DNA from: Lingula anatina
Taxonomy: Eukaryota; Animalia; Brachiopoda
Length of the DNA: 64,000 nucleotides
Direction of reading: 5' to 3'
Assembly (NCBI GenBank): GCA_051362555.1
Contig: CM120640.1
Span: 58,692,788 to 58,756,787 of the forward strand
In this document: positions 34,664 through 45,225 of the stretch, piece by piece
Numbering within the stretch: the first letter of the stretch is position 1
How the letters are laid out: every line of letters begins with the position of its first letter
Notes under the pieces: model-generated
The model's input: only the letters and a program-made list of their open reading frames with translations
What the model was told of the DNA's origin: nothing
The model's database searches: none
Translations under genes and position numbers: made by a program

Positions 34664-37600
34664 ATGGCGGCTAACCCACAACACCGAGGTAAGACTACAA
34701 AATTTATGTTGGTCAATGGTGCTTAATCATTGATTGTTTTTAGGAAATTTTCAGAATATTTCTAGGCTCAAATATTTTGAAATGAGGCGACAGTGTTAAA
34801 CACTAGTAGATTTGTGTTTGTTTATGTGCGCAACTGAATATTTATTACTGCTTTTGAAGAAATCCAAGGTAGGTATATCAGAAAATTTTTCAAACTGATC
34901 AGAAAATTATTATACTTATATCTTCTGAAAGGTAATACAAAAAACAGATGAATTCTTTTGGAATTTTAAAAATATTCCTACAAGCAACAAAGATATTGAA
35001 GTTTTTTAACTGCAAAAATTCACCAAAAGTGTCCACACTCTTCAGCTAAAAACCTGTAACTACCTGTACAGTACTGACCAGCGGTGATCACTCAGCTGTA
35101 GCTGCAGCTCAAATTGCTTGTGACCAATTAGGGCAATTAGGGCTGTATGTTAATCTAATGACCCGGAAACAAACCCAAATTGGCGACCGCACAAGCACAT
35201 GGCTGGGATGGCTTCTGTGCAGATCATGTACTATAAATATTGCGCATCAAATAAACTATACTTCGCATGGTTCAATTTTCATGATTTTTCGGCATAATAC
35301 TGCAAATTTCATGAACTTTACACGGAATAAATTACAAAAACTTCCATGCAGTACTTATCTGAAATTTTTAACATTTTGTCAATACAAAACTTAAAAACGT
35401 CCTCAAATCAAAGTTCTCTAAGACTGCAACACGGAAAATCACGTGACAGGAATTCACTCTTTGATTTACAGCTTATCTAGTAAATGGCTTGTATTTGTTT
35501 ATTTACATGGCGCTAAAAGAGAGATTTAAAAAAGGGGTGCCATAGGCGAGCTGTCAGCAGGCCGATATCAGTTTTACACTTCACTGCCCCTTGATAGTTA
35601 CTACTGTAGCGCCCCTAGTGGATTGTGGTATACCTATCCAAGGTGAAAACAAAATTTGTGCGTCCGGTTGTGACCCAGGCTTGCCGCTTTAGTTGGAAGA
35701 CTTTACTTAGCACTTATTTAACATGTTTCAAGCATTTTAAATATTGTGCACATTATGGATTATTATAAGAACTTAGTAATGCTGAAAAATCACCCATAAA
35801 ATATGCAATGATAAGTGATAAGTATTATTTGCATTTAAATGTGTTAACAGCCTAGATGCTCCCTAAAGACAATAAGCCAGTTCTTTAGTGCAGTATATAT
35901 TTCTTATTGAAATGAACATTGTAATGATTATGTATTGTGCTCTTGTTATTTCAGGTAAAGTCCAGGTCATTGTATCCTTTTTACTTACTATGAAACTTTT
36001 TTTATACATCATGCAGTTTAAACATTAATGATCACTCTTTTAGAGAAGAAGTTTGAAGTATTTATTGAAGTAATCTATAAACACACTGTAATATTTTTTT
36101 GTATTTGTATTTGCCTTTACTACATATTGTTAATGAAAGTGTATGCATTCATGAAATGGTTAAGATAAAATTGTTTACCGTTACAGTATATTTTTCGAAC
36201 TTTTTATCAGATAAATACCATGAATCAGTGTCTCCAAAAATAATATAGTTTATTATCTCCTGATGGACCTAGCCACCTGACAACATTTTTGACACAGTTT
36301 TGAATTGCACCCAACCCTGAATGGCAGACTTTGACAAACCAACCTTATGCTTTAGGACTTTTAAATTTTCCAGGTTGTTACAAAATTATGGCAAGTAGGA
36401 GAAAGATAGCATTTATCCCAGGAAAATTTGTTAAGCGTGAGTTTTTGCTGAAAAATATTACACTGGGCACCTTAAGATAAAAAACAAAATTTTATTTTCA
36501 AATAATGTTGGACCGAGGAAAGATTTCAATATGATAAATAGGAACTGTCAAACTGACAGGAAGATGTTTTTACTTCAGTGAAACATTCTCACTTTTGTTC
36601 AGAAAAATATCATGGAATGGCTGATTTAGTTTTTATATAATTTATGTGACTGTATGACATTTGTTACTGAGTCAGATTTCTGGAATTTCAGGAAATGCTT
36701 GTCGAGCATTGTTAGTGTTTAGATAGGAATTGAACAGTTGCTTTAATATTTCTGTCTACTTTACTTAGTGAAACAGTCTGGTTACTAAACATCTCTGTCC
36801 CTTTTAAGTGCATGTTTTGAATCATCCAGTAGAATTAGAATGAGAACAAAGTATAACTCCGATACTGAAACTATCGTTAGTATCTGACCAGCAGGTTGAG
36901 ACCTCAATGTCAGTTAGTTGCTTAAGTAAGTTTCAGTATCAGAGTTATACAAAGTTCTCATCTTTGTCCCCCCCCCCCCCTTTTTTTTTTGTATTGTTAG
37001 TGTGAATCATTGAATTCCCTTGACCTTCAATCAGAGATCATCATTGCCTTACCAGATTCTTCTCTACTGCAATGCCTGGTACTTTGGTTTCTTCTGGATT
37101 GCAGAGATCCTGATATATATATTTAAAGGTGAGTTGGTCTGACATAGACAGAATACTCAGGGAGAAAATATTCCCAGCTCTCATGAACAAAAAGGAAGGA
37201 TAGCATCAGCAAACGGCATATTGGAGCAGCATGTAGAGCATTTATCTTCCAAAGACAGTGCTGAGTGTTTCAGTATATTATGTATACAGACCCAGTAAAT
37301 TATTTTAGCCTTAGAGTTAAACATTCTGCCTTGAAACAAAAATAAATATTTTGCTTCTCAATGCATTGTTATCACATTGCTTAAGATTGGGTAAATTCCA
37401 CTAAATGTATGCAGGCTTTCCACACAAAGCCTGGATAAAATTTATGAAGACCTTGTGTTGTATTCTTAGAAAATATCAATTCATTAGTAAGATCCGATTT
37501 ACTCAAATGCACATTGCTTGTTCTTTGACATTAAAGTATCTTTCATGATCTGTCTTTATAGTCTATCTTCATTTAAAGAAAGTGTTTTTTATATGATAAC

Positions 37601-38363
37601 TTGAAAGTAGCTTGTTTTAAGAAACAGAAAGCAGATGCATTGAAATCCACTATGAAACAAATGAAATGCAGTATGTATGTACACAAGATAATTAGAGGTT
37701 GATTTTCTAACTTTTTTCAGGTTTAATAAGTGATCTCGTATGTAGCCTTAAATTCATGCACAGCCGTGCTACTACATGAATTACTAGTACACTTAAACCT
37801 CAAAGAAATAATGTATGAACCTGTAATGGCTCATTCCCAATAAAAGTAGTGGTCTACGTAGTTCGATCCAACTCCACAGGGACTCTAGCTGAATGCCATT
37901 AAATTAGCAAGTATGTTGTAGCCAAGATAAGGCAAGTTAATCTGTTAATCTGATTGCATTCAGCCCGTGGAATTGGATCGACCTATGTAGGGATTGGGCT
38001 CATTGGGAAGGTGCCCTAACTTTACAATTAACTCCATAATCAGTCCACCGCAGTAGTCAATCACTTATAATATCTGACTTGTATAACTGTTCTTATGTAT
38101 TGTCTGTGACTCTCTTATTTTCGTGAAAAATTAGCAGGAAAACTGTTTGATGGAAAATGTGTAATGTCAAGAACTATTGATGATTTGTCAGAGTATAGGT
38201 CATTACTGTATCTACGTCATAGACACAGGAAGTATGAAAAAAGCTAATTTAATAGTATTGTAGAATTGACTGATGTTAAAATTGCCTCCTTTACTCTATT
38301 TGCACTTAGTACCTTAAGTTCACAATCAGTACCTTGTCACAACTGAATATTCAAAAGGTTTTT

Positions 38364-38413
<50 letters not shown>

Positions 38414-38495
38414 TATTCATGATGTACATATGATTTATTCATGATGTACATATGTCATGTTTAAAACATTTAAACTAAATTAGTTGTAAAAAAAA

Positions 38496-38526
<31 letters not shown>

Positions 38527-40058
38527 GCCAAGTACAGTTTGAAAATTTTGCTTGAAAACATTTTGATACTGTGTTTTGAACATTTAAGAAAATGTATGTA
38601 TTTGAAAAAGTATTTTGCAACAATAATCTGTTGCTGCCATCTTTAAAAGAATTAAATAAGAAGTGCCACCCTGGGCAATGTTACATGAAAAAAGTTGAGA
38701 CTGTCACTGGACAAATGTTGTTATTGATTTATTAATGGAAGTTTACATATAACAAAAAGTTTTTGTACAAAAAAAGTTAGTAATTCCACTTCATTTCAGA
38801 AATGTGTTAGTGTTAGTATTGTTAATGAAGTGTTTTGATCAAGTATTGTAGCTTTTCACTTGGAAATGTTTTGTAAAGGATGGTTAATAAAGTTTGATGA
38901 AAAATAGCAAACATCATAATAATGATCAAATAATCCTAAACACATTGTTTATTTTTTTAAAATTGTTGCTCTTGTTAGAATGCTGGAGGTACCAGTGTTT
39001 AGATACCTTGGAAAAGTGATGTTCTTTACAAAATTCAACTTTTTTATTATTATTATTTTTCTAGGTGAAACTTTACCATATCCAAATGGCGTACTTGCTG
39101 CAGAAGTGGTGCTATTATTTTTCCTTGGAGGATTAGAGTCATTAAGGATATTTTTTGGTATATCTATCATGGAAATTAAATAATAATAGTCATGGAAATT
39201 AAATAATTATCTAAGAATGATTAGGATAATAAAGGGTCATTAAGAACTTTCTTTCAGTATTTTCATTAGTCCTAACAAAGATGTAGTAATCTGAAAGCAA
39301 ACTTGGTAATAAGATGCTTATTTTATTTGAACATCTTTAAACAAACAGACTTCTAAAAACCCTCAATATGAAAAGTAAACAATCATGCATGCACAATCAT
39401 GCATGTACAAAGAAAATTTTCTTATTTATGCAGGTTGTATTTTTATTTATTTAAATTCCAGGTCAAAAAGGAAATTTGACTGAGCGTATGCTCACAGTGG
39501 TGCTATGTATAGTTTTGAGCCTCCCTACTTTGGCTGGTATTCTCTATATATTGTTATGGCAGACATATGTGTTACGAGTTGAGGTGATTCTGTCAGCCAT
39601 AGAGTTAGTATTTATAGCACTGGAACTGCTGTTTGGCATTATCTCTGTGGTAACATTTGCCAGGTAAAATTTTATATTATAGTAATTATGTATCACTATG
39701 TATGTATGTATGTATCACTATGTATGTATGTTAAGTATGTATGTATGTGTATGTCTTTGTTTCTTTATACAGAGAAAAAGAGAGAGAGGTTCAATTATCT
39801 GTTACTGTGAAGGGTATTCATGTCAGCATCAAATACTGTTGTATATTTATGAAGTGATGTTCAAATCATAAATATAATGTCTATGAAGGGTATGGGGGGA
39901 ATTTGCAAAAATTACAAACAGCAATGTCTACAAAATCTCACATAGTATGCTGCTAGAGAGGATTCTCTCAGTGAAGAAGTTCCCCCTGGGGGACTAGAAA
40001 CTCTGCCCCAAGTCCCTCCTTCCCAAGGAATTTTTAATATCTCGTTTATAATTTTAAG

Positions 40059-40114
<56 letters not shown>

Positions 40115-40593
40115 ATAGATTTTATATTTAGACACTGTCAGTAACCTTTCCAGTAATGGGAAATTGCATTCAAATAAAAACTGCTTGTGGCTGTATGTCT
40201 TCTGAGTGCCTGTGTGTATCTATGTGGACACCAATGCTGATCCTGTCACCATGTGGCACATTTGTTCACACCAAAACTGACACTCCATTGTTTCTAATTC
40301 ATATGTTTTGTTTGGCAAAAAAGCGGGTTGAGTTTGAAAATCAGCATTATTGAATAATTTTACAAAAATCATTGGATTTTTTTAAATTCATTATTTTTTA
40401 AATATGTATTTGTTCAGTGTTTGCGTTTGGGTGCAGAGATACAATTACATAAATACACTATGTAAGTTGTCTGTATGCATGTCTGCTTTAACTGGATTGT
40501 TTTTCAATTTGACAAAAGCTTGTGTAATGCACTGCAATATTGATAAAAACAATAACAACTTATATCTGTACTTCCAGAGCTACTCCATATTGA
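34664..40593 (+). CDS. TMEM216: Transmembrane protein 216 (TMEM216/TMEM80/TMEM17 family, ciliary transition zone), 6 coding exons, 148 aa
   Basis: Exons 34664-34688, 35955-35971 (17 nt), 37035-37128, 39065-39157, 39462-39663, 40578-40593; sum 447 nt. Protein MAANPQHRGKVQVIRSSLPYQILLYCNAWYF…IFKGETLPYP…LRIFFGQKGNLTER…LWQTYVLRVE…RATPY*. Confidence 0.88.
35972..37034 (+). other. U12-type (minor spliceosome) GT-AG intron of TMEM216
   Basis: 5' site GTATCCTTT is the exact U12 consensus. Branch TTCCCTTGAC at 37015-37024 has its A 11 nt from the 3' AG, with no long polypyrimidine tract between. Confidence 0.8.
36840..36961. mobile_element. Small foldback element/MITE with ~33-bp imperfect inverted arms
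   Basis: atgagaac-aaa-gtataactccgatactgaaact … agtttcagtatcagagttatac-aaa-gttctcat. Confidence 0.65.
37827..38016. mobile_element. PIF/Harbinger-type MITE (family D, related termini), 190 bp
   Basis: TAA|TGGCTCATTCCCAAT…ATTGGGAAGGTGCCC|TAA, with internal inverted repeat ctacgtagttcgatccaactccac / gtggaattggatcgacctatgtag. Confidence 0.72.
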
Positions 40594-42556
40594 ACTAAGG
40601 AGAGGTAGAAGAGCCATTGCAGGCCAATCAAAGGCTTTGTATCAGTATTGATCCCATGTTAGTGGCTTAAGGCACCTGTTGGAAAACACTAGACAAAAAA
40701 TTGACATACTCTTATCTTCCAAAATAGTCACAGGATTCTTGTTAAGTGTACACCAGCTGTGAATTTGCTGCGTGTGTCTGTCTGACTTCTTGGAAAGCAA
40801 GATTTACAACAGTTCAAAGAATATGTGACTTTGCAAGTGTTACTCAACTAGAATATACTTCAGTCATCAATGTGGAGGGATAAACCCTTGTAAACAATCC
40901 ATTTTTATGTAAGGGACATATAATATATAGCAATCTTATAGGTTACTAAAAGGAAAAAAAAATAATTTATTTCTAAGTTACGGAAGCATGGAAACCCATT
41001 CATCTTATTTTCTTTCATGCCTGTGAGTTAGTGGAGCTTATGTTACTAAGAAAAAACCTTGTGCTTGCATTTATTATATAAACAACTTTATATAAGTTTT
41101 TTTTTTTATGAAATAATTGAATGATATTTTTCAAATAAATATAATACCCTACTAGCATAAGGTCTTATCATTGTACCAACAGTCTGCAGAACTACAACTG
41201 GCAGTGCACCTGAATACATGCTTTTAAGAAATTACTAAAAATAAGGCAATTTTGAAAAAAAATTGACCCAATTTTGGCAATGACCTGTTTTTAGCCCCCA
41301 GCAGGCTTGAGAAGGAAAACATTTTTTTTTTCAAATGTGCCAATAGCAATATTGCAAATCGGATAAAGCTAGAAATCACAGAAAAACAATAATGACAGCA
41401 ATAATAAACACCCTGTATCCTTTTTAAACTTCCTTGCGAATGGTTCCATTAAAAGCAAATTCAGAGGCAGAGATGAACAATAGGTGCTCTGAAATGACGG
41501 GATACAGAGTTTTGATTGAACAAAGAGGACTGAGATGGTATAGCGAAAGGTATAGAAAACTCGAAATACATTTTCATTTTTTATTTCGCCGATGTAAATT
41601 GCGCCTAGACTTCTGACCTTACATGTGATTTTACAGCCAAGTTTCCATTTCCCTTTTGGAACACCTTTAAATAAATAACCGATAGGTACATACCCCGGCA
41701 ATAAACAAATAATTAGGCTACTCTCTCCGGGTGCGGTATACACGCAAGGAATAGCGGAAGCTTTTATTTCAATGTATTCATCAAAATTCGGTTTTTATAA
41801 AAGCCAGCGGATACGTAATAAGTATCTCGTGACAAATAATGAGCTTATGTTCATTCTACCAGGTTCTTTTTCACAACAGTGTGTTGTTCTTGATCTTTGC
41901 AAAATATTCGCTTAATTGGCGTAATACTTTTCTATATACATTCTCTTTTTCTCAGGTTCTAGTAGATTTTACTGTGGCACAAAGAAGTGAAATACCACAA
42001 TATTCTCATTAATTACCCATGGGTACGCGTGTTTTAAATGTTATCATACAAAGCACAAGCTTCCAAATCGTATGGTTTCAAACAGTTTTATAACGCGCAT
42101 CGAAGTCGTATCTACATCCTAATTTTGCCCTTTTTTGTGACGCAAATTCCTAATTACCGTCTCTAAGATACAGATTCTACCGGCTCGGTGTTGTCATAAC
42201 TAGCATGGAGCAATATTTCAATCGATATTCTAAACAGAACGCCAAGATCATAGTTGACATATAGCGTCGCTTAAGAAGAGCAAATGAAGAAAAGAACAAT
42301 TGAGGGTTTCAGAGACTCTGGCAAACCAATATCCCCGTTGTTCACATATTAAGTTATGCTTTTTATAAATGTGAGTAAAGGGTTTCACATTCAAATGCAA
42401 AAAAAAAAAATGAATATCAATATCAAGATGAACACTGTTATATGATTATTGGCCTTTCTGTGGTATGGTGGATCATTTGAACATAAACATGAATATAGTA
42501 CATGCATAACATATAAAATTGTTTGTTTTATTTTTTTAAATGATAAAATATTGAAA

Positions 42557-42648
42557 ATCAATCATTGATATGAGAAAAAAAGAATTGGCTTAGACTTGGA
42601 GACAAAAATCGCCAAATTGCACATGATTATAAACAATACTGTAAGCAG

Positions 42649-42693
<45 letters not shown>

Positions 42694-42898
42694 AACATAA
42701 ACATGAGCATATCCTTCTTAGAGACATCGTCGCACATGAATTAAATTCAGTTCGATCATACAGTATTGATTTGAGAAAAATAAGCACCTTTTTATTTCTT
42801 GTCCTAGCCAAATCATTGATTTGAGAAAAAATTAATTGGCCTAGACTAGGAGACAAAAATCGCCAAATTGCACATGATTGTAAAGACTACTGTAAGCA

Positions 42899-42976
<78 letters not shown>

Positions 42977-43033
42977 AACATGAGCATATCCTTCGTCGCC
43001 CATGAATTAAATTCAGTTCGATCATACAGTATA
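42557..43033. repeat. Diverged tandem duplication (~210-220 bp units containing (CT)n(CA)n) with filler DNA at the junction
   Basis: Unit 1 is ~42557-42766, filler 42767-42809, unit 2 ~42810-43033. Shared gagacaaaaatcgccaaattgcacatgatt and catgaattaaattcagttcgatcatacagtat. Confidence 0.85.
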
Positions 43034-43506
43034 GTGATAGTCCAGTAAACCTACCAGAAGTGGCAAAAATACAGTCAAATTTTGTTTGGTGGATCCGTTA
43101 CAATCAGGAAAAAAATATACCCTCAGGGACTCTTAGGGAGCAAATCATCGTGCTCAATATACTACCATATCCAACACATACATATTGTTCAATTAACACA
43201 GTCTTACTGGCTGGATGTTAAGAATGTCTCTCTGATACGCAACGCAAATGATAAACAGAATTTTCAATCACCAAATCACCAAAATTCTTAAAGAAAAAAA
43301 AAACACTGGATCTAGTTACATTGTGCTCAGCAAGTTTGAAACAATTTTTTTTCGCAACATTTTTATTTTACCAGCTCTTAGAAGCTTGTGCTTAATGGAA
43401 CTTATCTTATATACATTTTTTTTAGTTTTGTCCTCAGTAGTGCATTTGAATAAGTTCAACCTTTTGATCGCTATTATTATAATAAACTTATTATTATTGA
43501 ACTTAG

Positions 43507-44820
43507 TCAACAGTCGCTCATACGGAATGTGACGTCAGAGACCTCCAGTTCCTTGGAGTGTTTCGGTGATTGTAACCTGGCTTGCTGCAGCTCCCTGTCC
43601 AACGCAGCCAATGTCAACCAGAATCCTCCATTGATGTCTGTTTCTGGGCGATGATATTTCACATGGCCGTACGACTGCTCCAGTGTCATTCCGTTAAACG
43701 ACATAAGATACTGTATGGCAACAGTTGCGGATCTTGATTTACCATAGTAACTGCAAATAAGCACCTTTTTATTTCTTGTCCTAGCCCCTTCTATGAAGAT
43801 ATTTATGTCTCGAAAGTAGCAGTCTATCTTCTCATTGTGTGTATCATTAATGGCGATGTTCAAGCGGGCTCGAGCGTGCGACACGTTTGGGGGGCAAACG
43901 CACGGGTAATACATCTGTTTAAATGTCATCAGATCTTTTTTGTTTGGATTGCTCAAGTCCACTATACTGGCAATGCCTAGTCTGCACATTATCCACTCGT
44001 TATACCCTCCACGTATGTCTCCAATGAACAGAAAATCGGACAGTTGAGAGATGTGCTCGTTGCGATAGAACTTTTGAGAAGCGTCGGTCAAACATTTAGA
44101 AATTCCTGACACCCATGCTGGCCGCCTGCTGGGGGGTTCCTCGGATAAACTTTTACTCTTTTTGGGTTTAGCATGGGGGCTTGTGTGTTGCTTTAGGCTC
44201 AAACTAAGTGAAGGGGCGCTCTTACTTTGGCTGTTGCTCCTTTGAGGAAAATCTTCTTCGTTTGTTTCGCTGCACACAGACGATGGGCGACTCCGGGTTA
44301 GGGACGTAACAAATATGTTTTTCTTAGGAAACGCTTTTGGGGAGGCAACTGGTGGTGATTTGTGGGGCAGCATCGGAGAAGTCTTACATGAGCGCAGCTC
44401 AATGGATGCCGCTCTTCTCAACTGTCGCAAATCTTCAGATCGCGTCTGTTGTGCTGCGTGATTTGCTTCTTGTTTAGCTGGACAGGAATTTTTTCTTACG
44501 CGAAACTCACCTATTTCTGAAATACTTTTTTTCAATTTCGGAAAAGACCGGATGGCATCATGCTCACGTTGTTTCGTCGAGTCTGAGGGTGAGACGAGTC
44601 CGTCCTTGCTCATCTCTTCCTGTTGAAACTCTGGAACGTTGGGAATACTAAATTTAAAGGCTTCTTGATAAATGCTTGACAGTGAGATGTTTGTAGAGCT
44701 TCCCTGGCTGCTGAGGGTTACCGTGCTGCTCCTATCACTTTCCTCAAAGCTTCCTATCGATAAGTTATTACAGCGATTATTGTCACGACAGCTTGGGTCG
44801 TTATGGCTGCCGTGCTTCAT
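43507..44820 (-). CDS. Dual-specificity phosphatase-domain protein, probable pseudophosphatase; Ser/Pro-rich N-terminal region; single coding exon, 437 aa
   Basis: C-terminal DSPc motifs: ISQLSDFLFIG, LGIASIVDLS, IAINDT (acid loop), KVLICSYYGKSRSATVAIQYLM, VKYHRPETDINGGFWLTL. Confidence 0.88.
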   Translation of the reverse strand: MKHGSHNDPSCRDNNRCNNLSIGSFEESDRSSTVTLSSQGSSTNISLSSIYQEAFKFSIPNVPEFQQEEMSKDGLVSPSDSTKQREHDAIRSFPKLKKSISEIGEFRVRKNSCPAKQEANHAAQQTRSEDLRQLRRAASIELRSCKTSPMLPHKSPPVASPKAFPKKNIFVTSLTRSRPSSVCSETNEEDFPQRSNSQSKSAPSLSLSLKQHTSPHAKPKKSKSLSEEPPSRRPAWVSGISKCLTDASQKFYRNEHISQLSDFLFIGDIRGGYNEWIMCRLGIASIVDLSNPNKKDLMTFKQMYYPCVCPPNVSHARARLNIAINDTHNEKIDCYFRDINIFIEGARTRNKKVLICSYYGKSRSATVAIQYLMSFNGMTLEQSYGHVKYHRPETDINGGFWLTLAALDRELQQARLQSPKHSKELEVSDVTFRMSDC

Positions 44821-45211
44821 ATCCCTTTCACCTGTGACTCTTCTACTATATATATGTATATATATAGTCGCTACGCCAAATCACCGCATGGGCAAATGAA
44901 AATTGTCATGACCGTTCTGTTAGAGATGGATTTCAAGATAGATTCTTGAAGAACAATCCTCTTTCAACCATTCAACGCTCAGTTTAGTGGTAAACGGCTG
45001 TATTGATAAGTCATGCAAAATCTCTACAAGCTGCAGAATATGACTGCTGTAAGACGATTCTAATTTCGAATCCAAGCAATACTCTATATGTTAAAGCGGT
45101 ATCGCTTAACGCCATTAGTCATCTCACTTATGCCACGATCGATTCTACTGTCTATGGTTCGTATATCTGACAAAACTAATCTCTCAAATGACGATAACGT
45201 CACTAGCAGGG

Positions 45212-45225
45212 GTTACTATGGTAAC
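45212..45225. promoter_or_regulatory. RFX X-box GTTACTATGGTAAC
   Basis: Exact match to consensus GTTRCYATRGYAAC, ~390 bp upstream of the DUSP-like ATG, inside a longer palindrome gcaggggttac-tatg-gtaacccttgc. Confidence 0.6.

Noticed and set aside
35139-35700. CpG-rich block in TMEM216 intron 1 with a CTCF-like motif (CCACTAGGGGCGC)
   Set aside because: Probably a repeat, but no convincing TIR or TSD was found, and the motif is one G short of the CTCF core.
41369-41743. 124-aa minus-strand ORF and overlapping 60-aa plus-strand ORF
   Set aside because: No ATG start, recognisable domain or splice support; cannot be supported as coding.
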